The notes beneath the pieces were generated by a model. The model saw only the letters and a list, made by a program, of their open reading frames with translations. It was not told where the DNA came from and did no database searches. DNA of 64,000 nucleotides from positions 5,535-69,534 of the forward strand of contig JABHSK010000002.1 of the NCBI GenBank assembly GCA_018669975.1, in the 5' to 3' direction. This document shows, in pieces, positions 39,989-49,365 of the stretch; position 1 is the stretch's first letter; each line of letters opens with the position of its first letter. Both the position numbers and the translations under genes were made by a program. This DNA comes from Candidatus Parcubacteria bacterium. Its GTDB lineage: Bacteria; Patescibacteriota; Patescibacteriia; UBA1558; GWA2-36-10.

Positions 39989-40561
39989 ATGCTTATACCT
40001 ACAGTCATAGAAAAAACTCCAGGCGGTGAAAGAGCCTACGATATATATTCACGCTTACTTAAAGAAAGAATCATCTTCTTAGGTGACGCTATCGATGACA
40101 GAGTAGCTAACTTAGTAATTGCTCAATTACTTTTTTTAGATTCACAGGATAAAAATCAAACAATTAAAATGTACATAAATTCACCTGGTGGTTCTGTAAC
40201 CGATGGACTAGCCATCTACGACACTATGCAACATGTCAAAAGCCCGATCTCAACTATCTGCGTGGGTATGGCAGCCTCTATGGCAGCTGTATTACTATCT
40301 GCTGGTGAAAAAGGTAAGAGATTTGCTCTACCTAACTCAGAAATACTAATTCACCAAATTATGGGCGGCGCTACTGGACAAGCTAGCGACATAAAGATCA
40401 AGGCTGAACAAATTTTAAAACTTAAAGACAGGTTAAATAAAATCTTACAAAAACACACTGGCCAAGTTTTGAAGACTATTGAAGGAGACACCGATCGTGA
40501 TTATTATATGGCTGCCGAAGAAGCTAAAAAATACGGTCTAATAGATAAAATTATAAAATAA
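39989..40561 (+). CDS. clpP: ATP-dependent Clp protease proteolytic subunit
   Basis: [34 protein letters not shown]. Confidence 0.98.
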   Translation: MLIPTVIEKTPGGERAYDIYSRLLKERIIFLGDAIDDRVANLVIAQLLFLDSQDKNQTIKMYINSPGGSVTDGLAIYDTMQHVKSPISTICVGMAASMAAVLLSAGEKGKRFALPNSEILIHQIMGGATGQASDIKIKAEQILKLKDRLNKILQKHTGQVLKTIEGDTDRDYYMAAEEAKKYGLIDKIIK

Positions 40562-40619
40562 TCTTAACAAAAAGTAGACCCTCTTTTACAATTTGCTAAA
40601 ATATGATAATATATTTCTC

Positions 40620-40788
40620 AAGGTGGGTGTTGGGGGTTATTTAACCTTCTACAAAAAACCCACCACGAGACCATCAGTGTTTGACGTCATTCGTAGCCGA
40701 AAGACTTTGGATGATGCCATACTATATACTGATGGTCTTTTTTGTTTAAAAACAGCCCTTTCTGTGGGGTTGATTTTTGACATCATTT
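40620..40788 (+). ncRNA. Probable 6S RNA
   Basis: About 170-nt rod: GU-rich closing stem, unpaired bubble AAAAAACCCACCACG, inner stem AGACCATCAGTGT (40668-80)/ATACTGATGGTCT (40726-38), GAAA-capped apex; lies directly upstream of rny, a known ssrS neighbourhood. Confidence 0.6.
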
Positions 40789-41029
40789 ATGGTAGAGTAG
40801 CTAACGAGGACAAATAGATTATTTGGAAATCCTCTATTAAAAAGTAATTTACTGTTTGGATTTTTATACATTTTAATGTTTAAATACCTACTTCTATTCA
40901 AAAATACTACTGTAAAATAATAATGAAATTAACAATTACGGTAAAAATTTTCTAAATTAAGCTAGAAACCTAAAAGATTAGGTTATTTAAATATTCTCCT
41001 AAAAACAGTAAACTGGAAAGTTTGTAATA

Positions 41030-42544
41030 ATGGAATTTATATGGTTAATTGCCGCTTTGGTCGTTGGTGTAATTTTTGGTTTTATCATAAAAAAAGCACT
41101 GACCAGCAAAACTATCAGCTCTGCTGAAAGAAAAGCTGAAACCATATTGTCAGAGGCTAAACAAAAGTCTAAAGACGCCCTTTTGGAGTCAAAAGACAAA
41201 GCACTGACCGTAATCGAAGAGGCTAAAAAAGAAGAAAAGGAAAGACGAAAACAACTTCAAGGTATAGAAAATAGATTAGCTACCCGTGAAGGTTTGTTTG
41301 ATAAAAAAATTCTAGAAATTGAAGGCAGTAAGCAAAAAATTGCTGATGCCCAAAAGCAACTAGATAAAAATAAACAAGAGATCAAGCGCATCAAGGATGA
41401 TCAAATAGCTAAGCTAGAAAAAATTGCTGCTTTGACTAGAGAAGAAGCCAAGGATGTTTTGATCAAAAATACTGAATTACGCATGAAAGACGAGCTCTTG
41501 CATCGTATTCGTAAATTAGAAGACAATGCTACTGAAGAATTAGAGGGTAAGGCTAAAAAAATACTTAGCTCAGTCATCGAAAGATGTGCTGCCCCCCACA
41601 CCGTTGAAACTACTACTACTTCTGTATCACTTCCTAATGAAGAAATGAAAGGTAGAATTATTGGTCGTGAAGGTAGAAACATTAAAACTATCGAACAGCT
41701 AACTGGAGTAGAAATCATTATTGATGATACACCAGAGACAATACTTATCTCTGCATTTAATCCAATCCGTAGACAACTAGCTAAGCGGACTCTAGAAAAA
41801 CTCATGTCCGATGGCCGTATCCACCCTGGACGTATTGAAGAAACTGTCCAGCAATCTAAAAAAGATTTAGCTTTAGATATCAAAAAAGCTGGTGAAGAAG
41901 CTGTCTATCAGGCTGGAATTGTAGGACTAGATACTAAGTTGGTACAAATATTAGGCCGCCTTAAATACAGAACTAGTTATGGTCAAAATCAACTACAACA
42001 TGGTTTAGAAGTATCACACTTAGCAGGCTTACTAGCAGCGGAATTAAAAGCTGATATTAATGTCTGTAAAAAAGGTGGTTTATTACATGATATAGGTAAA
42101 GCCCTGGATCATGAAATACAAGGCTCACATCCTGATATTGGTTATGACCTAATGAAAAAATTTGGTTTGCCAGAAGATGTGGCTTATATGTCTACTGCTC
42201 ACCACGAAGATAAACCTAAGAGCCTAGAAGGTGTCATAGTTAAAATCGCTGATGCTATTTCTGGTTCACGGCCAGGTGCTAGACGTGATTCTTTTGAAGA
42301 ATATATTCAACGTCTAACTGAGCTTGAAAATACTGCCAAATCATTCGCTGGTGTAGACAAGGTATACGCCATCCAGGCAGGACGTGAAATCAGAGTATTC
42401 GTATCACCAGATGAGATTGATGATTTCAATGCTAATAAACTTGCTCGCGATATCGCTAATAAAATAGAAAGTGAGTTAAAATATCCTGGTGAAATCCGCG
42501 TGACTGTCATCAGGGAAAAAAGGATAACTGAGTATGCCCGATAA
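41030..42544 (+). CDS. rny: Ribonuclease Y
   Basis: N-terminal TM, coiled coil, KH (KGRIIGREGRNI), HD (LLHDIGKA), AIQAGREIRV. Confidence 0.98.
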   Translation: MEFIWLIAALVVGVIFGFIIKKALTSKTISSAERKAETILSEAKQKSKDALLESKDKALTVIEEAKKEEKERRKQLQGIENRLATREGLFDKKILEIEGSKQKIADAQKQLDKNKQEIKRIKDDQIAKLEKIAALTREEAKDVLIKNTELRMKDELLHRIRKLEDNATEELEGKAKKILSSVIERCAAPHTVETTTTSVSLPNEEMKGRIIGREGRNIKTIEQLTGVEIIIDDTPETILISAFNPIRRQLAKRTLEKLMSDGRIHPGRIEETVQQSKKDLALDIKKAGEEAVYQAGIVGLDTKLVQILGRLKYRTSYGQNQLQHGLEVSHLAGLLAAELKADINVCKKGGLLHDIGKALDHEIQGSHPDIGYDLMKKFGLPEDVAYMSTAHHEDKPKSLEGVIVKIADAISGSRPGARRDSFEEYIQRLTELENTAKSFAGVDKVYAIQAGREIRVFVSPDEIDDFNANKLARDIANKIESELKYPGEIRVTVIREKRITEYAR

Positions 42545-43340
42545 AACTAAGATTATATTTTTGGGTGATATCTCTGGCGTTTTAGGAAGACAAGGCGTCA
42601 AAGAAATCATTCCCCAGTGGAGAAAAAAATATTCCCCGGATATTTTTATTGCCAATATTGAAAACCTAGCACACAACAAAGGCGTCACACTCAAAACAAT
42701 GCAAGAAATGCATGATGCTGGTGTAGAAATCTTTACTGGTGGAAATCACATTTGGAAAAAATATGACATAGATCAATTGGCTGCAGAAACTGATTACAAA
42801 ATAGCCTGCCCAGCCAACGATCATCGTGCTCCAAAAAAATACCTGTACCAACTAACTGAAGTGGCGGGTGCTAAACTGGCTGTCATTAATCTCAATGGAA
42901 GAACTTTTATTGATTTTGAAGATGAACCTCTTAGTAATCCTTTTCACAAAGTAGACGAGTTGTTAAAAAAGATACCTAAAAATACTAATATAATAATCGA
43001 CCTGCACGGTGAAGCTACCAGCGACAAAAGAGCTATGGGCTTATATCTTGATGGTCGTGTTTCAGCTGTTCTAGGCACACATACTCATGTTCCAACTGCC
43101 GATGCTCAGATATTGGAAAAAGGAACTGGATACCTTACTGATATCGGAATGGTTGGTGCTTACCCATCAGTTTTAGGAATTAAAAAAGAGATTATTATCG
43201 AAAAATTTCTATCTGATGAAAAAATACGCCATGATTTACCTAAAACTGGTCAAATTGAGGTAAATGCAGTATTATTAGAAATAGATAACCAAACAAATAA
43301 AACTTCCAAAATAGAATTACTAAGAGAAATTATAAATTAA
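42534..43340 (+). CDS. ymdB: YmdB/TIGR00282 metallophosphoesterase
   Basis: FLGD, N.EN, TGGNH, DLHGEATSDK, GTHTHVPTAD, TDIGMVG; follows rny. Confidence 0.92.
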   Translation: MPDKTKIIFLGDISGVLGRQGVKEIIPQWRKKYSPDIFIANIENLAHNKGVTLKTMQEMHDAGVEIFTGGNHIWKKYDIDQLAAETDYKIACPANDHRAPKKYLYQLTEVAGAKLAVINLNGRTFIDFEDEPLSNPFHKVDELLKKIPKNTNIIIDLHGEATSDKRAMGLYLDGRVSAVLGTHTHVPTADAQILEKGTGYLTDIGMVGAYPSVLGIKKEIIIEKFLSDEKIRHDLPKTGQIEVNAVLLEIDNQTNKTSKIELLREIIN

Positions 43341-43350
43341 CCATAAGCTT

Positions 43351-43635
43351 ATGAATAAAGCGCAGTTAATTGAAACAGTGGCTATCAAGGCGGGAGTCAG
43401 CAAAAAAGAAGCTGAGGATGTACTACAAGCCCTTGAAGACGTGGTCATAGAAAGACTAAAACAAGGCAAAGAAGTAACCCTAACTGGCTTCGGTACTTTT
43501 TCTGCTCGTACTAGGAATGCTCGCATGGGTGTTAACCCACAAAATCCTAAAGAAAGGATACAAATCCCTACCGTGATTGTACCCAAATTTAAAGCTGGCA
43601 AAACCTTGAAAGACTCATTAAAAAATACACAATAA
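43351..43635 (+). CDS. hup: HU family DNA-binding protein
   Basis: MNKAQLI, GFGTF, R.GVNPQ, PKFKAGKTLK. Confidence 0.95.
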   Translation: MNKAQLIETVAIKAGVSKKEAEDVLQALEDVVIERLKQGKEVTLTGFGTFSARTRNARMGVNPQNPKERIQIPTVIVPKFKAGKTLKDSLKNTQ

Positions 43636-43696
43636 TATACCCGCCTCCTATTACCCTTTCAATTAGAAGGGGTAATGTTGTTTTACTTATATAAAT

Positions 43697-44362
43697 ATGG
43701 ATTTAACTCTAAAAAAAATAAAAAAAGACCCCCGCATTAATTCTTTTATCGATCAAACAGAAAGATATATTAGGGCCTTGGGATATACTGATCATGGTCG
43801 TCGACATATAGACATAGTTAGTGATCGCTCAAAAATGATTGCCCGTAAAATAGGTCTTAGTACTCACGAACAAGAGACCTCTGCTATTGCTGGCTGGTGT
43901 CATGACATGGGAAATTTTTTAGGAAGGACCCAACATCACTATTGGGCAGGCATCCTTTTCTCACAATGCTATATTGATGAAAGTAATCCTGATGATATTT
44001 CACAAATAATTCAGGCCATTGTTTCACACGATAAAGACGATCTTAAAATAGTTGATAAAGTCACTGCTTGTTTGATTATTGCTGATAAATCAGACGTCCA
44101 CCGTAGTCGAGTATCCAGCAAAAATATAAAACACATCAAAAAAGATATCCATGACCGCGTCAATTACGCTATCACTGATAATAAATTAAGTGTAGACAAA
44201 CAAAAAAAGGCTATTACTTTAAGCCTTAAATTGGATACAAAATTTACTGATATTATGGATTATTTTTCTATCTTTACTGTCAGAATGAACTACTGCCAAA
44301 AAGCCGCTAAATATCTAAAGTATAAATTTCATCTTACTATAAACAACACTAAGATAGCTTAA
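43697..44362 (+). CDS. HD-domain phosphohydrolase
   Basis: TDHG..H, HDMGN, IIADKSDVHRSRV, DIHDRVNYA. Confidence 0.85.
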   Translation: MDLTLKKIKKDPRINSFIDQTERYIRALGYTDHGRRHIDIVSDRSKMIARKIGLSTHEQETSAIAGWCHDMGNFLGRTQHHYWAGILFSQCYIDESNPDDISQIIQAIVSHDKDDLKIVDKVTACLIIADKSDVHRSRVSSKNIKHIKKDIHDRVNYAITDNKLSVDKQKKAITLSLKLDTKFTDIMDYFSIFTVRMNYCQKAAKYLKYKFHLTINNTKIA

Positions 44363-45162
44363 TCTTTATATAAAACCAAACCTATTTTGGGTCCCACAGC
44401 TAGGGACTCTTTTTGGTTCCAATCAGCAATAGAATACATTAGATTCTCGTAAGTATAAATGAAATCGGCTCCAAGCCTAGTACCGGGGTCATTGGTAATA
44501 AACTTATTTTCGGCAAACCCCTTGATAACTAACATATGATATTCTGGTCCGCCATTTCTAAAATTAGGATTATCCAATTTTTTACCATTGGCCGGCACTA
44601 TCACTGGAATACCCTCTCGTAAAAGAGCTTCTATTTTAGCTACTGTTAGGTCAGGGACCAGCTCTGTTTTGTAACCAAAAAATTCTCTAGCTAACTGACT
44701 AGTTTCCCCAATAGTTATATCATAGGTGCCGTTCATAAAATCATCTTGCCAGTCTACCATTTTAATCAAAATATCCTCCACGACTTTTTTGTCCGGAAAA
44801 TTTTTATTTTGATAATAGTGATCAACCATTAAAACACTAGCTTCTTCACAAGCATCCTGAAAAGGTTGCTCCCAATTAGATGTTGGTGCCTGAGAAGTAA
44901 ATGGTACAGCTAAATTAATACTACTAACTTCCGGCTGAGGAGGTAAAATTGGCTCAGAATCAACCACTTCTTCTGACTCCTCCACCTCAACGATCTCCAT
45001 GTCTTGATCGACATCTTCGATGATTTCTTCTCGATCAATAAAATCTTCATATTCCTGAGCTACTGGTAAATCTACTTCCAATAATTCTGGGCCTCTATTT
45101 TTATAAACCCAAGCCAAACCAGCCAAGATAATAATACTTATGATGATGATATATTTTTTCAT
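44359..45162 (-). CDS. C39-like cysteine peptidase, membrane anchored
   Basis: VPFTSQAP, DACEEAS (Cys), YHMLVIKG (His), TNDPGT (Asp). Confidence 0.85.
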   Translation of the reverse strand: MKKYIIIISIIILAGLAWVYKNRGPELLEVDLPVAQEYEDFIDREEIIEDVDQDMEIVEVEESEEVVDSEPILPPQPEVSSINLAVPFTSQAPTSNWEQPFQDACEEASVLMVDHYYQNKNFPDKKVVEDILIKMVDWQDDFMNGTYDITIGETSQLAREFFGYKTELVPDLTVAKIEALLREGIPVIVPANGKKLDNPNFRNGGPEYHMLVIKGFAENKFITNDPGTRLGADFIYTYENLMYSIADWNQKESLAVGPKIGLVLYKD

Positions 45163-45275
45163 AAGTATATCTTAACAGTAAATACTAGCATTGACAATAC
45201 GCTATACTTATAGTATACTAGCTGATTCCTACGCACCTTACTAAATCCAGTCAAAACATCTTTGGAGGAAATAAA

Positions 45276-45545
45276 ATGAGCATTCTAGACTTAGTCTTCG
45301 GCATACCGCCAATTGTAGCCCTTATAGTGGGCCTCATATCCTGGTGGATCAGAAAACCAAGTATTATGTTCGGCGGACTAGTTTCGCTAATCACCAGCAT
45401 CTTGATTGCTATATTTACAATTTTCGTCCATACGCCCAGTGGCTTTTGGCTAAGCCTATGGCTATTCATTCAATATCCCACCACCCTCTCTGCTATAATA
45501 CTATTCTGGTCTGAACCAGGCGATGGTAATTTAAGAAAGTTTTGA
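45276..45545 (+). CDS. Small three-TM protein in a stand-alone unit
   Basis: TTGACA-17-TATACT (45191-45219), GGAGG SD, terminator at about 45551-45585. Confidence 0.7.
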   Translation: MSILDLVFGIPPIVALIVGLISWWIRKPSIMFGGLVSLITSILIAIFTIFVHTPSGFWLSLWLFIQYPTTLSAIILFWSEPGDGNLRKF

Positions 45546-45659
45546 CACATTAACCTACTGCCCTTTGGTAGTAGGTTTTATTTTTCATTGACAAAAAACA
45601 GCTCGACATATAAAATGCCTTTATTGCAAAGGAGAACCTTCAAAAAAGGGAGTTTTAAC

Positions 45660-45977
45660 ATGAAATTATGGCTAATCACAACTGTGGTAATCTGCTTAAT
45701 CAATTTTATCGCGCTAGCGACCATCGGCAAAAATTACAAATCTAATGGCCTAATTAGAGGCGCAACTTTTGCTAGTATTTTCGCCCTCTGGGGTCTCGTT
45801 AGCACACTCTGGCTTAACCACGAAGGACATTGGCTCTATTACCCTTGCGGTCTACTTAGCGCCATATTGACTGGCATCACCTTTTCCATGCTTATTATGA
45901 TACCTGTCCGCTTAAAACGAGAAAAACAAAATCACTTGGACAAGCCGATTGACTCATTTCAACGTAAAGTTTCCTAA
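45660..45977 (+). CDS. Small three-TM protein in a stand-alone unit; probable start MKLWL
   Basis: TTGACA-17-TAAAAT (45588-45616) places the TSS inside the longer annotated ORF; GGGAG SD; terminator at about 45982-46012. Confidence 0.7.
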   Translation: MKLWLITTVVICLINFIALATIGKNYKSNGLIRGATFASIFALWGLVSTLWLNHEGHWLYYPCGLLSAILTGITFSMLIMIPVRLKREKQNHLDKPIDSFQRKVS

Positions 45978-46019
45978 AATATGACCATCTTGATTTTCAG
46001 GATGGTTTTTTATTTATGT

Positions 46020-46050
46020 AAAAAAAAAGACCTTGCGAAGCAAGGTCTTT
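46020..46050 (-). terminator. Strong intrinsic terminator
   Basis: AAAGACCTTGC-TTC-GCAAGGTCTTT followed by a long U-tract on the minus strand. Confidence 0.8.
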
Positions 46051-46072
46051 GGATCCTGTATTTTAGCCGTAG

Positions 46073-46243
46073 CTAAAATTGTACGCTCAAAGAACTAGTG
46101 GACATGGAACTAAATGATTCATTCAATAGAATCAAAATGTTGGTAATCAGTTCAACGACCAATACGAATATTCCTGGAGCAAACATCTTGAACAAAATGA
46201 GCAAAAATATCATATTAAAGAATCCGTAAAGAGCTTTAAACAT
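46073..46243 (-). CDS. 56-aa hydrophobic peptide MFKALYGFFNMIFLLILFKMFAPGIFVLVVELITNILILLNESFSSMSTSSLSVQF (not in ORF track)
   Basis: ATG at 46243 to TAG at 46073; between a TTGACT promoter and a terminator. Confidence 0.6.
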   Translation of the reverse strand: MFKALYGFFNMIFLLILFKMFAPGIFVLVVELITNILILLNESFSSMSTSSLSVQF

Positions 46244-46311
46244 ATTTTTGTTGTTAACTTCAAGGCCTTAAGAGAATATTTAAGATGCTGACTATTCATC
46301 TCACGACACAT

Positions 46312-46403
46312 GAAGCGTATCCAAGATATTCTCTGCAGGGCAATAGACTTGAGGCTTTCCAGCCCACTGTCCTGCAGAGAACCTATAATGTAATGAACGC
46401 TTC
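46312..46403 (-). ncRNA. Structured RNA element in the leader of the 56-aa peptide gene
   Basis: GAAGCGT/ACGCTTC outer stem enclosing TTCTCTGCAGG/CCTGCAGAGAA and CAGTGGGCT/AGTCTATTG stems. Confidence 0.5.
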
Positions 46404-46449
46404 TACCTTCTATATATAATAAGACGTAATAAAAGTCAAGTTATTACAC

Positions 46450-47967
46450 TTATGCCCCAAAAACTTTATTTCTATACTGTAGAGCCTCTAAAATGTGCTC
46501 ATCCTTTATACTACCGTCATCTCCCAGATCAGCTATAGTTCTAGCTACTTTTAAAATTTTAAAATATGCTCGAGCTGATAACTGTAGCCTATCTACAGCC
46601 TGCTGCAATATTTGTTTACTACTATCGGTAATCTGACAATAAATTTGCATTGCTTTTGGTTCAATATCAGCATTAAGATTAAACTTGTCTCCTTTAAATC
46701 TGTGCGACTGCCTAATTCTAGCTAAATTCACTCGCTGCTGCACAATACTTGATCGCTCAGCCTTGACATCCGACCCACTTAAATCTCCACTCTTCACTTT
46801 CTTAATTAGTAAATGCAAATCTATTCTATCTAATAAAGGGCCTGACAATCTCTTTTGATAACGTTTAATATCAGCTGCACTACAAACACAATTTTTATCC
46901 TGGTCAACCAAATAACCACAAGGGCAGGGATTAGCTGTGGCTAATAAAATAAAATTGGCAGGAAAATCTAAACTACCACGCACTCTAGATACAGTAATCA
47001 ACTTGTCTTCCAACGGCTGCCGTAAAGCTTCTAAAACTTGCCGTGGAAACTCTAATATCTCATCTAAAAATAGAATATTATGATGCGCTAAACTTATTTC
47101 GCCAGGTCGCGGCCATGATCCACCACCAACAATTGCTGAAACTGATGCCGAGTGATGTGGTGAGCGTAACAATCTACTATCTATTAGATAATTATCCTCT
47201 GAAAGCAAGCCAGCTAGACTATGAACCTTGCTAACCTCCAATGCCTCATCAATAGTCATCTCTGGCAAAACAGATAAAAAACTTTTAGCCATTAATGTTT
47301 TACCAGCCCCAGGTGGTCCAACCATTAATAAGTTATGTCCCCCAGCAGCAGCTATCTCCAATACCCTTTTAGCCTCTAACTGACCTTTAACATCTGCTAA
47401 ATCAACAGCTGCTTTAGCCGGCCGTGGTTTAAATTCAAAAAAAGATAAGGAGCCTATGCTTTCCTTATCAGTTAAATGACCTATAAGTTGTTTTAACGTC
47501 TTTACTGGGTATATCTCTATACCTTTCAACACACCGGCCTCTTTAGCGTTTCCGGCTGGTAAAAATACTTGCTTAAAACCCATGTCTTTCAAGCTGGCGA
47601 CCATCACTAGTACACCTGGCACAGCTTTAACTTCTCCTAAAAGAGATAACTCACCAATAAAGGCAATCTTCTTATCTGGCAATATAACATCTCCATTGGT
47701 TTGTAGGACACTAATAGCTATAGACAAATCATAAGCACCACCCTCTTTTCGAATTTGAGCTGGCGCCAAGTTAATAACCACTTTTTTACGGGGAAACTGC
47801 AAATTACTATTTTCAATAGCGGCCCAAACTCTTTCTTTGGCCTCCTGAACAGCTGTATCCGGTAAGCCAACCACAATAATCTTGGGTAGATGCCGAGAAA
47901 AATTTGTCTCTACCTCTACCAAAACTCCCTTGAGACCTATTGGTGCAATTGTATAAACTTTATTCAT
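46450..47967 (-). CDS. comM: YifB/ComM Mg-chelatase-like AAA+ ATPase
   Basis: VGLPDTAVQEAKERV, INLAPA, GPPGAGKT, RSPHH, PGEISLAH, NPCPCGY, SGPLLDRID, LSARAY. Confidence 0.95.
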   Translation of the reverse strand: MNKVYTIAPIGLKGVLVEVETNFSRHLPKIIVVGLPDTAVQEAKERVWAAIENSNLQFPRKKVVINLAPAQIRKEGGAYDLSIAISVLQTNGDVILPDKKIAFIGELSLLGEVKAVPGVLVMVASLKDMGFKQVFLPAGNAKEAGVLKGIEIYPVKTLKQLIGHLTDKESIGSLSFFEFKPRPAKAAVDLADVKGQLEAKRVLEIAAAGGHNLLMVGPPGAGKTLMAKSFLSVLPEMTIDEALEVSKVHSLAGLLSEDNYLIDSRLLRSPHHSASVSAIVGGGSWPRPGEISLAHHNILFLDEILEFPRQVLEALRQPLEDKLITVSRVRGSLDFPANFILLATANPCPCGYLVDQDKNCVCSAADIKRYQKRLSGPLLDRIDLHLLIKKVKSGDLSGSDVKAERSSIVQQRVNLARIRQSHRFKGDKFNLNADIEPKAMQIYCQITDSSKQILQQAVDRLQLSARAYFKILKVARTIADLGDDGSIKDEHILEALQYRNKVFGA

Positions 47968-48130
47968 AAAAAAATCACTTTTCTTCCAAGAAAAGCGATC
48001 TGTTTAATGCAAATAATTGTTTTTATGTTCTGCCCTGGAAACTTGCCCGCTCACCAAAGCCTAACAAAAAACTAACCCATGCCCTACCCCGCCATAGACG
48101 GGGGCACTCTCGCAAATCGCTCTTCTTGTT
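47968..48130 (-). promoter_or_regulatory. Structured comM leader with terminator/antiterminator alternatives
   Basis: TTGACA-16-TAAGAT promoter (48164-48137); hairpin 47974-47999 plus U-tract directly before the ATG; 48113-48127 complementary to 47988-48002. Confidence 0.55.
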
Positions 48131-48253
48131 ATTGCCATCTTAGCTCAATCAAAATATTTGTCAAGCAATTGACACCAATCTACCTTTTAGCTAAGCTATT
48201 CATGCCGAAGCTCGGCACAATGTCCTTTCCCATTCTTCCTATTAGGAGACCCT

Positions 48254-48439
48254 ATGCCACAATTACCTGAAAATACAACCCAAGGCGATCCCTGCACTAT
48301 CGAAGGCTGCCAAGGCAAGCTCAAAATAGGCTTTTCATGAGGTCACTACTATCTGGAGTGCAGTCTGCATCCCAACCAACATTACCGCCGTATATCCGAA
48401 GAAGAGCGTGAAACAATGCTAGCAAAAAAGAGTGGTTAA
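48254..48439 (+). pseudogene. Small zinc-ribbon-like ORF with in-frame TGA at codon 29
   Basis: TTGACA-17-TAAGCT, AGGAG SD; MPQLPENTTQGDPCTIEGCQGKLKIGFS*GHYYLECSLHPNQHYRRISEEERETMLAKKSG. Confidence 0.55.
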
Positions 48440-48480
48440 AACCACCCCACATTATCCTGGGAAGCTCATGCTTCCCTTTT

Positions 48481-48912
48481 TTATTTACTTACTTCCTTTG
48501 AGCGACTAAAAATCAACTCATAGTATAAAATCCAAATCACTGCTAAAGAAATATATATATCTGCTAAATTAAAAACTGTAAAAAACGGCACATTGATAAA
48601 ATCCACCACTCCTTGGTAATAAAAACGATCCAATAGATTACTAAAAGCACCTACAATCAATAATCCCCAGGGCCAAATCAAAATAGACTTCTTACTCAGA
48701 CTCTTGAGCCAAAAATAAATCAGGATAAACAATGCTATAATCACCAACGGATATAAAATTACTGTTGGCAGGGGTATAGAAAAAGCAATATTTGGATTTA
48801 TATGTAAATCAATAAAACCCCCGTCATTATCAAGGGTTTTTTTGACTGCATAAATTTTAGCTAGCCTATCTACTATAAATAAAAATATAACACTAGCAAA
48901 ATATTTGATCAT
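48481..48912 (-). CDS. lspA: Lipoprotein signal peptidase II
   Basis: NPNIAFS, GAFSNLLDR, GVVDFI, VFNLAD. Confidence 0.93.
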   Translation of the reverse strand: MIKYFASVIFLFIVDRLAKIYAVKKTLDNDGGFIDLHINPNIAFSIPLPTVILYPLVIIALFILIYFWLKSLSKKSILIWPWGLLIVGAFSNLLDRFYYQGVVDFINVPFFTVFNLADIYISLAVIWILYYELIFSRSKEVSK

Positions 48913-49295
48913 TATAAAGATTTTTTCTTACAATCCATACATGAGGTAGCTGAAGGAAAAGCCTCTAACCTCTCTGGAGTGATTGGCTTGTCACATTTCT
49001 CACAAAGTCCATAATTACCCTCATCTATCTTTTTAATAGCTTTGTTGACATTATATAAAGATACTTCCAAAGTCTTCTCTAAAGACAGGTTCTTCTCAAA
49101 GGTAGCTACCTCAGCAGCATTCTCATCATCCTTATCACCATAATCAACGAACTTAGCATTGTAGTCATTATCAGCTACTTGAACAGTGTCAGCTTTTAAT
49201 TCACGCAAAATTTCCTGACGACGTTTAGTCAGTTCAGCTTTCCTAGTCTCTATGAATTTAGCTGTTAATTTAGGACTTTTATCTTTTTTCAACAT
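48912..49295 (-). CDS. TraR/DksA C4-type zinc finger protein; probable start MLKKDK
   Basis: Coiled coil, AIKKIDEGNYGLCEKC..I..ERLEAFP.A..CMDC. Confidence 0.9.
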   Translation of the reverse strand: MLKKDKSPKLTAKFIETRKAELTKRRQEILRELKADTVQVADNDYNAKFVDYGDKDDENAAEVATFEKNLSLEKTLEVSLYNVNKAIKKIDEGNYGLCEKCDKPITPERLEAFPSATSCMDCKKKSL

Positions 49296-49365
49296 AAGAT
49301 TATCTTTACTTTTGAAATAATAATACTTTAGTATATTAGCAGATACACCTTTAAAAATCAAGGTA

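Noticed and set aside
40593-40817. 74-aa ORF between clpP and rny
   Set aside because: TTG start inside the apparent promoter, no motif; better explained by the 6S-like RNA.
40790-41029. AT-rich 240-nt gap before rny
   Set aside because: No convincing ORF, repeat or stem seen; likely promoter/UTR.
44359-44362. Convergent genes sharing a TTAA for both stop codons
   Set aside because: A common result of genome compaction in AT-rich genomes.
48079-48270. 63-aa plus-strand ORF
   Set aside because: It spans two divergent promoters and the comM leader; the SD-supported ORF starts at 48254 in another frame.
48338-48340. Genome-wide UGA recoding (code 25 or 4)
   Set aside because: All long genes are intact under code 11 with TGG=Trp, and TGA ends ORFs right before terminators at 45545 and 60820.
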